Positions 1 through 9,480 of a stretch of 64,000 nt of DNA are shown here, piece by piece. Location: contig OZ244198.1 of the NCBI GenBank assembly GCA_965216735.1, forward strand, positions 629,628-693,627, given 5' to 3'. Made by a program: the position numbers and the translations under genes. The stretch comes from Arenicellales bacterium (GTDB lineage Bacteria; Pseudomonadota; Gammaproteobacteria; Arenicellales; CBDCFT01). The notes under the pieces were generated by a model, which saw only the letters and a program-made list of their open reading frames with translations, was not told the origin of the DNA and did not search any database. Positions within the stretch are counted from its first letter, which is position 1. The number at the start of each line of letters is the position of its first letter.

Positions 1-152
1 ATATCAAATACACCCAGCGCCCATGCCAATATCGCAAACAACAGCGCACCACCTGCAAGGCTGAACGCAACCGGATAACCCGTCAACAACAACAAAATCA
101 CACTTGCGAATAAAGCAAGACATAGCACTTCAGGCGTTGTCAACCATTCCAC
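1..152 (-). CDS. TRAP transporter large permease (DctM family), 5' fragment; gene runs off the window start
   Basis: Own minus-strand translation from GTG at 152 gives VEWLTTPEVLCLALFASVILLLLTGYPVAFSLAGGALLFAILAWALGVFD, a typical DctM first-helix region. It starts 5 nt after the stop of the upstream DctQ gene. Confidence 0.6.
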   Translation of the reverse strand, partial: MEWLTTPEVLCLALFASVILLLLTGYPVAFSLAGGALLFAILAWALGVFD

Positions 153-157
153 TGGAT

Positions 158-715
158 CTATAACTCGCCGGCGTTAGGCTTACACGCAGTACCGCGTAAC
201 TGATAGTAGCTTTTTATCGTCAGAGAGATTCCCTGTGCGGCCAGTAACAAGCAGAAAACCAGAATGACGGTTTTTAATGAAAACAAGAATGGCAGACCGC
301 TCACTTCCATTGATGTTTCCCGCACCGCCCACGAGGTTTCAACAAACGGCCAGGATAACCACCAGACAGCCCCGCAAAATGGCAACAGTAAAAACATTGA
401 GCCCAGCAAATTGATCAATGCCTGGCGTTTTCCGTCCCATTTGCGGTAGAACACATCCAATCGAACATGTTGATCATTTAGCAATGTATATCCGGCTCCC
501 AGCATGAACAAGGTGCCGTGCATGTACCAGATGGATTCCTGCAACTGTATCGACCCGATCGAAAATACATAGCGTAGTATCACCACAGTGAATTGTGTCA
601 GCACTATCAATAAGGCAAGCCATGCGGTGACCCGGCCGGCCGTTCGATTGATACTATCGATGAAATTGAGAACCCGGATTGACGATGGCTTTTTCTTCAT
701 CCGGTCATAGTACAC
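158..715 (-). CDS. TRAP transporter small permease (DctQ family)
   Basis: 185 aa hydrophobic protein with the DctQ-like region HVRLDVFYRKWDGKRQALINLLG. A DctM start follows directly. Confidence 0.8.
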   Translation of the reverse strand: MYYDRMKKKPSSIRVLNFIDSINRTAGRVTAWLALLIVLTQFTVVILRYVFSIGSIQLQESIWYMHGTLFMLGAGYTLLNDQHVRLDVFYRKWDGKRQALINLLGSMFLLLPFCGAVWWLSWPFVETSWAVRETSMEVSGLPFLFSLKTVILVFCLLLAAQGISLTIKSYYQLRGTACKPNAGEL

Positions 716-785
716 TAAGTCATCGGTATTCAGTTTTCAGCAGTCAGCTATTGGCGTTGGTTGTCAGGGCGAAACGACAGCTATG

Positions 786-808
786 GTAGGAGCCAGCTTG
801 CTGGCGAA
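786..808 (+). repeat. REP family A copy (GTAGGAGCCAGCTTGCTGGCGAA)
   Basis: Imperfect palindrome matching the GTAGGAGCGAGCTTGCTCGCGAA unit that recurs through the window. It lies in the 280-nt gap between two TRAP genes. Confidence 0.8.
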
Positions 809-995
809 TGGGTTGGCTATCAGATCTTGTTGTAACGTCGCCACGTCATGACGACATTGGTGTTGCTGTGACTCTTGAAGATCTCTTCCCGGGGTCGAGA
901 TGACAAATAAGCGATCAGCTGTCAAGAAAACTACGGCGGCAAAATACTGACTGCTAATAGCCGTACGCCGAAAGCTATTAACTAAGAACTAACAA

Positions 996-3653
996 CTAAA
1001 AACTCAACGATATATCCCTATGCTCAGCCTGACAGCTTGCGATGTTCTTGGCTTGCTCTTTACTCAAACGTCGTTGCGAGCGTAAACCGATGTTGTGTTT
1101 GATGGTGTTGTCATATTCGTCGAGGCCCGCCGTCAGTTCGGATTGGGCACGCCGACGCCAACTGATTTCGTTCGCGTACAGTTCACGGCTCTCGGTAAGT
1201 AGTTCAGCCGCCTTTGCCCGGTCAGGTTCGTCATCCTTGAGTGCACGGCGTGCTTTTGACAACACGGACTTCGCATCCCCGGCACCTGCTTCACTGAGCG
1301 CGTTTTCCACTAATTTAATAGTATCCATAGCGGTATCGGGTGGATCGCTTTGAATTACTGGGGTTAGATCTGCGAGTCGAGTCTCTAATTCGGATAACGA
1401 AGCGGTTTGATCGAGAATTTGCCGCATGTTAACAATGGGTTCGTATGCGCTGTCTACATTACGCCGGTACGCCAGCCGTGCCTTCTTTTCCTCATTAGCT
1501 AGATCCGTGTAACGTTTGTGTACCTCTTCCCATGTTTCGGGAGTGTTGTTTTCGAGTTTGGCTTGGTAATTCTTCAATTCTTCGATTTTCATACCAAGCG
1601 CTGCGAGTTCCTCCGCCGGTGCATTGTTGCGGGAGTGACGGCTGAGGTCTCTTCGCAAGTCTTTTATTTGTTCATCAATGTCTCGTATTTCCGTTTGAAT
1701 TTGCCGTACCTGACGGTGTAATGGTTTGTATTCCGATTCGTAACCAAACATGGCTGCTTGAGCGCTTTTTGTTTTTTCGGCGAGATCGAATGTGTTTAAC
1801 GCTGACTCGTAGCTTTCAGCAAGGGATTTGCGTAAATCGTCAGGCAGGTAGGTGATGTCCATAGCACGGGCCTTTTCGATAGCCGCGCGCAGTTCGTCAC
1901 CTTGCGTTTCATAAGTCGCAAACAGACTTTCCTCCATGCACAACTGCAAGCGCGGATTCTTCGGTGGCGGTGCGGTTTCTGACGTCAAGTAAGTGCGATA
2001 AGGCAAATAGTTCACCAGGCTCGGCCAGTAACCGGCGATGGCGAGTCCAGCCAATTGCAACGCAATAAACACCGCTGCACCGCGATAGATTTGCGTAGTT
2101 TTGACCTCCGGAGGTGCGACTCCGCGCAAATAAAACAGGGCAAACCCAAACGGCGGTGTCAAAAACGATGTTTGGATGTTGAGTCCCACCATGACCCCTA
2201 ACCACACGGCGGTGATATTGGCGCCGGGATCCATCAATAGAATGGGCGCGACAATGGGTACGACGACCACTGCAATCTCGATAAAGTCGAGGAAAAATCC
2301 CAACAGAAAAATCACCACCATAACCACAATAAACTGCGACCAAAATCCGCCGGGCAAACTAGTTAAGAATTCCTTGACGAGCTCTTCACCACCGAAACCG
2401 CGAAAAGCAGAAGTCAACATCGCGGCACCGATCAAAATTATGAACACCATCGATGTGGTCTTCGCGGTATCGATCATCACACCGTTTAATGTGTTGTCGA
2501 TGCGATAAGCACGTACTGCACTCCAGATGACCGCGATCAACAGACCGGCCACTGCGGCGGCGGCGATAAAAATACCCACTAGGTCACGTTGGGTTTTTAT
2601 ATTTTTGATGTTTAATTCGAACGAGTTGATTGTGATCAAGATGACCAGGGTCGCAATCAAACCCAGAATAGCGGGATAAAATGCGCCACGTTTACCGGCG
2701 CTTAGACGATAACCCGCCATGATCATTGCGCCGATGGCACCAATAGCGCCGGCCTGATTAACCGTTGCGATACCCATTACAATGGAACCCAGCACCGCAA
2801 AGATCAGGGTTAACGGCGGTACCAACGCCAGGAACACCTGCAAAAAGAAACGTTTATCGTAGGCGCCATCGTAGGGCACGGGTGGTGCGGTCTTTGGACG
2901 TATGAGCGCCGATACCAAGATGTAAAGCATGTACAAACCGACTAGCACCAGACCTGGGATAAATGCACCCATGAACATGTCACCGGCACTGGCGGAAGTA
3001 ACATCGAACTCCGCCGGCATGGAAAACTCCCCGGTGGCTTCTTTGTATTCGGCTTTGCGCGCGGTATTGGCTTGGTCGGCTGCGCTAGAGAGTTGGTCGG
3101 CGAGAATAATCAGAACAATGGACGGCGGAATAATTTGCCCGAGTGTTCCCGACGCGCAAATCGTTCCCGTTGCCAGGGGTTTGGAATAGTTGTTACGCAA
3201 CATAGCGGGCAGTGAGATTAGTCCCATGGCAATGACGGTAGCGCCTACAATACCCGTGGTTGCCGCCAGCAACGCGCCGACGAACACGACCGAAATACCC
3301 AGTCCGCCGGGGATAGGGCCGAACAATTGCGCCATGGCTACCAACAAATCCTCTGCTATTTTCGAGCGTTGCAACATAATGCCCATAAAAACGAACAACG
3401 GAATCGCAATTAGCGTGTCGCGTTCCACATCCCAGTATAAACTCCTGAAGTTGGTAACCCCTGCACTCAGCCACTGGTCCGGTCCGTCCTGTGCAAAATA
3501 GGCACTGGGGTTGCCTTCGATTAACCAACCAAACAACGCCGCCAGCGCTATTGACAAAATGGCGGAACCGGGGAGGGCAAATGCAACAGGGAAACCGGAG
3601 GTGAGCGCGCCTACCATGAGCAGAATCAATACGGCGAGAAAGACCAGTTCCAT
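996..3653 (-). CDS. TRAP transporter large permease (DctM-like) fused to a ~310-aa hydrophilic, highly charged alpha-helical C-terminal domain
   Basis: 885-aa ORF. The first ~570 aa are polytopic membrane sequence of DctM type (GTLGQIIPPSIVLIILA, TPPFGFALFYLRGV). The last ~313 aa (from MEESLFATYE) have no hydrophobic segments and are rich in E/K/R/Q/L heptad-like stretches. Confidence 0.8.
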   Translation of the reverse strand: MELVFLAVLILLMVGALTSGFPVAFALPGSAILSIALAALFGWLIEGNPSAYFAQDGPDQWLSAGVTNFRSLYWDVERDTLIAIPLFVFMGIMLQRSKIAEDLLVAMAQLFGPIPGGLGISVVFVGALLAATTGIVGATVIAMGLISLPAMLRNNYSKPLATGTICASGTLGQIIPPSIVLIILADQLSSAADQANTARKAEYKEATGEFSMPAEFDVTSASAGDMFMGAFIPGLVLVGLYMLYILVSALIRPKTAPPVPYDGAYDKRFFLQVFLALVPPLTLIFAVLGSIVMGIATVNQAGAIGAIGAMIMAGYRLSAGKRGAFYPAILGLIATLVILITINSFELNIKNIKTQRDLVGIFIAAAAVAGLLIAVIWSAVRAYRIDNTLNGVMIDTAKTTSMVFIILIGAAMLTSAFRGFGGEELVKEFLTSLPGGFWSQFIVVMVVIFLLGFFLDFIEIAVVVVPIVAPILLMDPGANITAVWLGVMVGLNIQTSFLTPPFGFALFYLRGVAPPEVKTTQIYRGAAVFIALQLAGLAIAGYWPSLVNYLPYRTYLTSETAPPPKNPRLQLCMEESLFATYETQGDELRAAIEKARAMDITYLPDDLRKSLAESYESALNTFDLAEKTKSAQAAMFGYESEYKPLHRQVRQIQTEIRDIDEQIKDLRRDLSRHSRNNAPAEELAALGMKIEELKNYQAKLENNTPETWEEVHKRYTDLANEEKKARLAYRRNVDSAYEPIVNMRQILDQTASLSELETRLADLTPVIQSDPPDTAMDTIKLVENALSEAGAGDAKSVLSKARRALKDDEPDRAKAAELLTESRELYANEISWRRRAQSELTAGLDEYDNTIKHNIGLRSQRRLSKEQAKNIASCQAEHRDISLSF

Positions 3654-3678
3654 TTACTTACGCTTCCACCGCATGCGC

Positions 3679-4713
3679 TTATTCTGTGCTCGGCTTGGCA
3701 TCGGCTTCGCCGCGAAGCACCGCTGCGTTGCTTAAAAAATAACTGACAAACTGAATAATCATGGACAGTGCAAACACCACCAGAAAACCGGCCATCAGAT
3801 ATTTCACATACATGCCATAGCCGCTTTGTGAAATTTCGTAAGACAGCAACGGACTGTTAATACTATTGCCTTTGTCCCACATGCCTTGAATCAGAATAGT
3901 CCAGCACAACGGTAGACCCAGCAGTAAAGAACCGAGCGCATTAGTCCATGCTTGTCCTTTTGCACTGAAATGCGCGTAAAACACGTCCACCCGGACGTGA
4001 CCTTCGGTAATCAATGCATAGGAACTGGCGAACAGGAAAAGGGCAGCGTACCAGAAACGTACTAGGTCACCCATAAACGCTTGTTCGTATGAAAAGATAA
4101 AACGCGTCAGTACGATTTGAAACTCCGCAATGACAACCAATAACGCTAACCAGATAAATCCCAAGGAACGCACAAACAAGGCAATGACTAAGGCCAAACC
4201 GATCAGCGGATAATGGACGGTGGCGCCCCGGTAACGGGAGCGGCCTAGTTCTTTGTTTATATCCGCGCCCACCCATTGTTCGAGAAGACCTTCAACCCGC
4301 AAGAACGAGATCAACATGTCGGCCAGGCCTATCAACAAAACAGCCCAAAAGGCAGCGCGCACAATATATGCTGCGAAAGCGGCCAACAGATCTGCATCGG
4401 CGGTCAAGGTGCGTCGACGGGTCAACATCACGTAGGTTACAACGGCGGCAACGGCGGTGATGTAAAGCAACATTTGCAGCCAGCCAAGTGTGATGGCGCC
4501 ACCTTCGAGCGGTTTCGACAGTGGCTGAATACCGAACCAGCCTTGATGGGCGGAAAAACTCAATACCCCCGGCCACCCCCGCCAGAAGATGAGGTAGTTG
4601 TTGAACAAGAACAACACCACCAGAACCACCATGATGCCCGCCGCCATGCGCAGCAACAGTCCACTAACGTTTCCGACATTGCCGGTGCTGGTAGTGGTTG
4701 CGGTGTTATTCAT
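3679..4713 (-). CDS. TRAP transporter small permease (DctQ-like) with extra N-terminal TM helices
   Basis: 344 aa. The C-terminal half carries a DctQ-like motif (GHVRVDVFYAHFSAKGQAWTNALGSLLLG). The gene sits between the binding-protein and large-permease genes with 25-86 nt gaps. Confidence 0.75.
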   Translation of the reverse strand: MNNTATTTSTGNVGNVSGLLLRMAAGIMVVLVVLFLFNNYLIFWRGWPGVLSFSAHQGWFGIQPLSKPLEGGAITLGWLQMLLYITAVAAVVTYVMLTRRRTLTADADLLAAFAAYIVRAAFWAVLLIGLADMLISFLRVEGLLEQWVGADINKELGRSRYRGATVHYPLIGLALVIALFVRSLGFIWLALLVVIAEFQIVLTRFIFSYEQAFMGDLVRFWYAALFLFASSYALITEGHVRVDVFYAHFSAKGQAWTNALGSLLLGLPLCWTILIQGMWDKGNSINSPLLSYEISQSGYGMYVKYLMAGFLVVFALSMIIQFVSYFLSNAAVLRGEADAKPSTE

Positions 4714-4799
4714 CCCCCGGTTTTAGTAAGCGCGTACGTGAGAACGAAAAAGCGGAGCCCAGGGCTCCGCTTTACTCCACAATGCTTGTTACGGGTCAG

Positions 4800-5891
4800 T
4801 TAAACTCCAAGAACCCGGTTGCGTTGACGCAGATATTCGACATCCGAAAGATTCATCCAAGCGCCGACATCAGTGCGTGCAGCCACGAAACTTTCATGGA
4901 TACGGTTAGCCAAATCGCTATGTTCGCGCACCTCTTCGAACACTTCTGCCGCCGCCTCACCAAAGCTGTCATAAACATCATCGTTAAATACTTTGAGTTG
5001 TACACCTTGATCGTTCAACAAGCGGGCCAGGGCTTCGCCGTTCTTGGCGTTGTATTCGGCCATCATGACGTCGTTTTCCATGGAAGCTGCGGCTTCAACC
5101 AGCAATTGATCCGAGGCCGACAACCCATCCCAAAACTCTTTATTAACCCCGAGAGAAAGCATGGACGCGGGTTCGTGCATGCCAGGGTAATAATAAAATT
5201 TGGCCGCCTCATAGAATTTCATCACTTCATCATTCCATGGACCTACCCATTCCGTTGCTTCGATAGCGCCGGATACCAGATTTTCATATATCTGGCTGCC
5301 GGGCAGGGATACAGGTGATGCGCCCAGTTTAGCCATGACATCACCGCCCAAACCGGGTATACGCATTTTTAAACCCTTCAAATCGTCGGCGGAGTTGATT
5401 TCCTTGTTAAACCAGCCGCCCATTTGCACACCGGTATTACCACATGGCATGCATTTCAATCCAAACTCGCCGGCCAGTTCATCCCACAACTCCTGTCCGC
5501 CACCCCAGCGAACCCAGGCGTTGATTTCGCTGTAGACAAAGCCGAACGGTACCGCCGTGTAGTAGGCCCAACCCGGATGTTTGCCTTTCCAGTAGTAGTC
5601 GGCAGCGTGATACATCTGCGCATTACCGGATGCGACTTCGTCAAAAGAATCAAACGGTTTGACCCGTTCACCACCGGCGAAGTATTCCACCTGAAAACGG
5701 CCATCGCTCATGTCGATCAGGCGTTGCGCAAAGCGCTGTGCGCCGGTGCCTAATCCTGGAAAGTCACGTGGCCAGGTGCTGACCATAGCGATTTCAACGC
5801 GTTCCTGGGCAATGGCTGGTGCGGCGATGGTGGTTGTTGTACCGGCGGCAGCGGCGGCGACGCCGCCTTTGAGTAAATCACGACGTTTCAT
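4800..5891 (-). CDS. TRAP transporter substrate-binding protein (DctP-type) with twin-arginine signal
   Basis: 363 aa. N-terminus MKRRDLLKGGVAAAAAGTTTTIAAPAIAQ is Tat-like. The body resembles the mannitol/chloroaromatic-type TRAP SBP group and is paralogous to the SBP at 29309-30406. Confidence 0.8.
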   Translation of the reverse strand: MKRRDLLKGGVAAAAAGTTTTIAAPAIAQERVEIAMVSTWPRDFPGLGTGAQRFAQRLIDMSDGRFQVEYFAGGERVKPFDSFDEVASGNAQMYHAADYYWKGKHPGWAYYTAVPFGFVYSEINAWVRWGGGQELWDELAGEFGLKCMPCGNTGVQMGGWFNKEINSADDLKGLKMRIPGLGGDVMAKLGASPVSLPGSQIYENLVSGAIEATEWVGPWNDEVMKFYEAAKFYYYPGMHEPASMLSLGVNKEFWDGLSASDQLLVEAAASMENDVMMAEYNAKNGEALARLLNDQGVQLKVFNDDVYDSFGEAAAEVFEEVREHSDLANRIHESFVAARTDVGAWMNLSDVEYLRQRNRVLGV

Positions 5892-6048
5892 AAGTGTTTC
5901 CTCGTCTCAGTTATTTGTGACACCCCTTACTGGATGTCAGATTATTGGGAAGCTTAAACGCTAACAGCATTCGAGCCCGCAGCATATACGATTTCGTGCC
6001 ATTCGCAAGTATTTCGGGCAGTGCGTTCGGGTTCTTGGCAAAAGGCCG

Positions 6049-6077
6049 TTGACAATCATATAAAGAAATGTTTATAT
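6049..6077 (+). promoter_or_regulatory. Candidate sigma70 promoter TTGACA-17 nt-TTATAT for the methyltransferase/sahR/metF operon
   Basis: TTGACA at 6049-6054 and TTATAT at 6072-6077, about 40 nt upstream of the ATG at 6119. Confidence 0.45.
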
Positions 6078-6089
6078 GTTGATATATCA
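6057..6089. promoter_or_regulatory. Two palindromes overlapping the promoter (CATATAAA-6 nt-TTTATATG and TGATATATCA); candidate operator
   Basis: The arms at 6057-6064 and 6071-6078 are exact reverse complements. A 10-bp perfect palindrome lies at 6080-6089. Confidence 0.35.
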
Positions 6090-6118
6090 CTTCTTTCCTT
6101 TAGACACAAACACCAAAA

Positions 6119-7225
6119 ATGATGAGTCAATCACAGGCCCAGGCTGAAGGCATTACCATGAGTGGGGGAGGGCTTTACTCGCTGGCCACCATCGGTGCCA
6201 AAGACGTCATCGATGCCGCCACGCCGCTGGTGACCAGAGCGATTCAAGAAACCGATTTCAACGCCGATTGCGCATTCGTGTTGTCGGATATGGGTTGTGC
6301 CGACGGCGGCACTTCTTTGAACATGATAAGAAGTGCGATAAAAGCAGTTAACGCCGAACGTTCCGCATTACCTGTGCAGGTCATATACGCCGATCAACCG
6401 CGCAACGATTTCAATGCGCTGGTCGGCATCGTGCACGGTTTAACCGATTTCAAAAGTTATATCGGTGAATTTGAAAACGTATTCCCGGTTTTTTCGGGTA
6501 CCTCGTTTTATAAACAGATTGTTCCATCGAATACTTTGCATCTGGGGTTCTCCGCCACGGCCATGCATTGGTTAAGCGCCAAACCGACCAATATTTCCAA
6601 TCATGTTCACGCGGTCGGTGCCCAAGGCCAGGAACTCGAAGTGTTTCAAAATCATGCGCGGCGGGACTGGGAAACCATCTTGCGTCATCGTGCCAACGAG
6701 TTGCGTCCAGGTGGGCATTTGGTGTTGGTCAATTTTTGCCGTGACGAGCAAGGGTGTTATTTGGGTAACACTGACGGTATAAACATGTTCGACACTTTCA
6801 ACCACATCTGGCAACAGTTTGTGGACGACAACGTGATTACACGAGATGAATACGTCAATATGACGTTGCCACAGTATTACAACACCGTTGAAGAATTCAG
6901 TGCACCGTTTACTGATTCCAATAGTGAAATAAGCGAAGCCGGGTTGCGCTTAGAACACATCGAGACTCGCGTAGTCGACTGTCCTTTTAAAATTGATTTC
7001 CAGCGTCACGGCGACGCGAAAAGGTTTGCCCGTGAATACATACCGACTATCCGCACTTGGAATGAGAGTATTTATTTCGGTGCTTTGTCGACCGATCGTT
7101 CATTGGAAGAACGCAAAGAGATTATAGAAAATTATTACAACACATACGAATTCATGGTAGCGGCAAGCCCACAAGGCCATGCTATGGATTATGTGCACGC
7201 ATACATGGTGATTAGAAAAGATTGA
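6119..7225 (+). CDS. SAM-dependent methyltransferase, SABATH/Methyltransf_7-like
   Basis: 368 aa with the ordered SABATH-type pattern MSGGGLYS, SDMGCADGGTS, YADQPRNDFNAL, FSGTSFYKQIVPSNTLHLGFSATAMHWLS and ELRPGGHLVLV. Confidence 0.65.
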   Translation: MMSQSQAQAEGITMSGGGLYSLATIGAKDVIDAATPLVTRAIQETDFNADCAFVLSDMGCADGGTSLNMIRSAIKAVNAERSALPVQVIYADQPRNDFNALVGIVHGLTDFKSYIGEFENVFPVFSGTSFYKQIVPSNTLHLGFSATAMHWLSAKPTNISNHVHAVGAQGQELEVFQNHARRDWETILRHRANELRPGGHLVLVNFCRDEQGCYLGNTDGINMFDTFNHIWQQFVDDNVITRDEYVNMTLPQYYNTVEEFSAPFTDSNSEISEAGLRLEHIETRVVDCPFKIDFQRHGDAKRFAREYIPTIRTWNESIYFGALSTDRSLEERKEIIENYYNTYEFMVAASPQGHAMDYVHAYMVIRKD

Positions 7226-7233
7226 GTGCGGAT

Positions 7234-8214
7234 ATGAAAACGTTACTCAACGCACTACGCGCCGCCGGGGAAGGCACTCGTCTGCGTTTGCTGGCCATAC
7301 TGGCGCGCAATGAACTCACCGTCACCGAGCTGACGCGAATATTGGGTCAGAGCCAACCGCGTGTGAGCCGACATTTAAAACTGTTGACGGAAGCGAATCT
7401 GGTGGACCGTTATCAGGAAGGCGCGTGGGTGTTTTATCGTATTGCCGACGACGGCCCGGCCACACAAATTGTTTCCGCCCTGCTCGATTTAATTCCTGTG
7501 GATGACAGTGTGATTGCGCGGGATCTGGAACGTTTGCAAGCCATCAAGCAAGAGCATGTTGCGACCGCGTCGGTGTATTTTCGCGAGAACGCAAAACGTT
7601 GGGACCGTATTCGGCGTTTGTACGTCGCGGAGTCGCAGGTCGAAAACGCCATGCTTAAAGCTGTGGATGATATGGAAATCGGGAATCTACTCGATATGGG
7701 TACGGGCACGGGACGGATTCTGGAAATTTTCAGCTCCCGTATAGAACGTGGTTTAGGCATCGATATGAGTCGCGAAATGTTGACCGTCGCCCGCGCTAAT
7801 CTTGAAGCCGCCGATATTTCCCATTGCCAGGTGCGGCAAGGTGATATCCTGAATTTGTCCGCCCATGAAAAAACCATGGACGTCGTGACTATTCATCACG
7901 TGCTGCATTTCCTCGATAATCCGGCGGACGCCGTCAGTGAAGCAGCGCGGGTATTAAAACCCGGTGGGCGTTTGTTGATTGCCGATTTCGCGCCGCATAG
8001 TTTGGAATATTTGCGTAGCGACTACGCGCATAGGCGTCTGGGATTTCCAGACGATGAAGTTAATCATTGGTTCGAAGCGGCCGGTTTGCAACCGCTTCAA
8101 GTTAATCATCTGGCCACGCGGGGCAAGAAAGACACCGATCGTTTAACGGTGTCGGTATGGAGCGCTTGCCGTCCTGCAGAGGTTACGCAAATTAGACAAA
8201 AGGAGGTCGCGTAG
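7234..8214 (+). CDS. sahR: ArsR-family HTH fused to a class I SAM-methyltransferase-like domain (SahR-type regulator of methionine/methyl cycle genes)
   Basis: The N-terminus LRLLAILARNELTVTELTRILGQSQPRVSRHLKLL is an ArsR/SmtB wHTH. The C-terminus carries LLDMGTGTGRIL and LKPGGRLLIADF. The gene lies directly upstream of metF, with stop and start sharing one nucleotide. The ORF track starts at TTG 7222, and ATG 7234 is preferred. Confidence 0.6.
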   Translation: MKTLLNALRAAGEGTRLRLLAILARNELTVTELTRILGQSQPRVSRHLKLLTEANLVDRYQEGAWVFYRIADDGPATQIVSALLDLIPVDDSVIARDLERLQAIKQEHVATASVYFRENAKRWDRIRRLYVAESQVENAMLKAVDDMEIGNLLDMGTGTGRILEIFSSRIERGLGIDMSREMLTVARANLEAADISHCQVRQGDILNLSAHEKTMDVVTIHHVLHFLDNPADAVSEAARVLKPGGRLLIADFAPHSLEYLRSDYAHRRLGFPDDEVNHWFEAAGLQPLQVNHLATRGKKDTDRLTVSVWSACRPAEVTQIRQKEVA

Positions 8215-9194
8215 TGAGTTCGAATAAAAGTGAGTTTCTGTATCGCAGCGCCGATGAAACCAGTGAACGATTACAACGCCGGCCACAATCGAAAGTTGCA
8301 TCCTTGCGTAAGGATATTTCCGTGTCGTTTGAGTTTTTTCCACCCAGTACCGAGCGAGCGGGCGTTACTTTATGGCAGTCCATCGAGCGTTTGGCGTCAC
8401 TGCAACCTAAATTTGTCTCAGTGACTTATGGTGCCGGCGGCACTACGCGGGAAAGAACCCACGCGACGGTAAAACGCATCGTCGATGAAACGCGTTTGAC
8501 ACCCGCTGCACATTTAACTTGCGTATCAGCATCCAAGGGCGAAGTCGATGAAATCGTCGACGCTTATTGGGAAGCGGGCGTAAGGCACATTGTAGCGTTA
8601 CGTGGCGATCCGCCCGGTGGTGCAGACAAATTTTTTCCGCACCCGCAAGGTTATCGTAACGCCGCCGAATTGGTTGACGGCATCAAACGAAGACACGACT
8701 TTCAGGTCAGCGTGGCGGCGTTTCCTGAAGTGCATCCGGAGGCCGTTTCCGCACAGGCAGATTTGGATAATTTAAAGCGCAAAGTTGACGCGGGAGCGAC
8801 AACAGCGATTACGCAGTTTTTCTTCGAACCGGAAACGTTTTTGCGTTTTCGTGATCAGGCCGCCACGGCGGGCATCAATGTGCCGATTATTCCGGGGATT
8901 TTGCCGGTGACTAATTTTGCACGAGTTAAAGAGTTTGCTGCCCGCTGTGGAGCCAGCGTACCCGGTTGGTTTTCCGGTCTTTTTGAAGGATTGGACGATG
9001 CTCCCGATATTCGCCAACTAGTGGCAGCTACGGTCACAGCGGAGTTGTGCACCCGCTTGGTCGATCACGGTGTTAATGATTATCATTTTTACACCTTGAA
9101 TCGCTCCCAACTGACTATGGCCTTTTGCCATATTTTGGGTATTCGGCCGAAAGATGTGGAATCCTTGAAACAAGTCGTCAACGCGAGTGATTGA
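8214..9194 (+). CDS. metF: 5,10-methylenetetrahydrofolate reductase
   Basis: FEFFPPSTERAGVTLWQSIERLASLQPKFVSVTYGAGGTTRERTH and HIVALRGDPP are classic MetF blocks. The start is GTG, overlapping the sahR stop. Confidence 0.9.
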   Translation: MSSNKSEFLYRSADETSERLQRRPQSKVASLRKDISVSFEFFPPSTERAGVTLWQSIERLASLQPKFVSVTYGAGGTTRERTHATVKRIVDETRLTPAAHLTCVSASKGEVDEIVDAYWEAGVRHIVALRGDPPGGADKFFPHPQGYRNAAELVDGIKRRHDFQVSVAAFPEVHPEAVSAQADLDNLKRKVDAGATTAITQFFFEPETFLRFRDQAATAGINVPIIPGILPVTNFARVKEFAARCGASVPGWFSGLFEGLDDAPDIRQLVAATVTAELCTRLVDHGVNDYHFYTLNRSQLTMAFCHILGIRPKDVESLKQVVNASD

Positions 9195-9230
9195 TGACGT
9201 TCTTGAGCACGAGGGTATTAAAGGTATCCC

Positions 9231-9269
9231 GTGTCATCGCGAGGAAGTTAGTGACGAAGCGATCTCACC
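9231..9269 (+). repeat. REP family B copy (diverged; GTGTCATCGCGAGGAAGTTAGTGACGAAGCGATCTC)
   Basis: Matches the TTGTCATTGCGAACGCAGTGAAGCAATCTCG unit seen at 55185-55444 and 58131-58161. Confidence 0.6.
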
Positions 9270-9334
9270 ATTGTGGATACTTCCCAGAACTGAAAGAGAT
9301 TGTCTCGGCATCCTGCCCCGCAATGACATATGCT

Positions 9335-9357
9335 GTGGGAGCGAGCTTGCTCGCGAA
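9335..9357 (+). repeat. REP family A copy (GTGGGAGCGAGCTTGCTCGCGAA)
   Basis: Near-exact copy of the family A unit in the metF-metH intergenic region. Confidence 0.85.
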
Positions 9358-9452
9358 AAATTGATCGAATGTTGAAGGTTGAAAGCCGAAACTTGTTGTC
9401 ACCGTGAGCCGTGTCAGCGGTGTGGCGATCTCGCTCTTTTTTGAATGGCAAT

Positions 9453-9480
9453 GAGATTGCTTCGCTTCGCTCGTAATGAC
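9453..9480 (-). repeat. REP family B copy, inverted orientation
   Basis: GAGATTGCTTCGCTTCGCTCGTAATGAC is the reverse complement of the B unit. Confidence 0.7.

Noticed and set aside
1935-1937. Internal ATG that could start an independent coiled-coil protein gene downstream of dctM.
   Set aside because: There is no stop codon between the membrane domain and this ATG and no Shine-Dalgarno sequence in front of it. The simplest reading is a single fused 885-aa protein, pending read-level verification.
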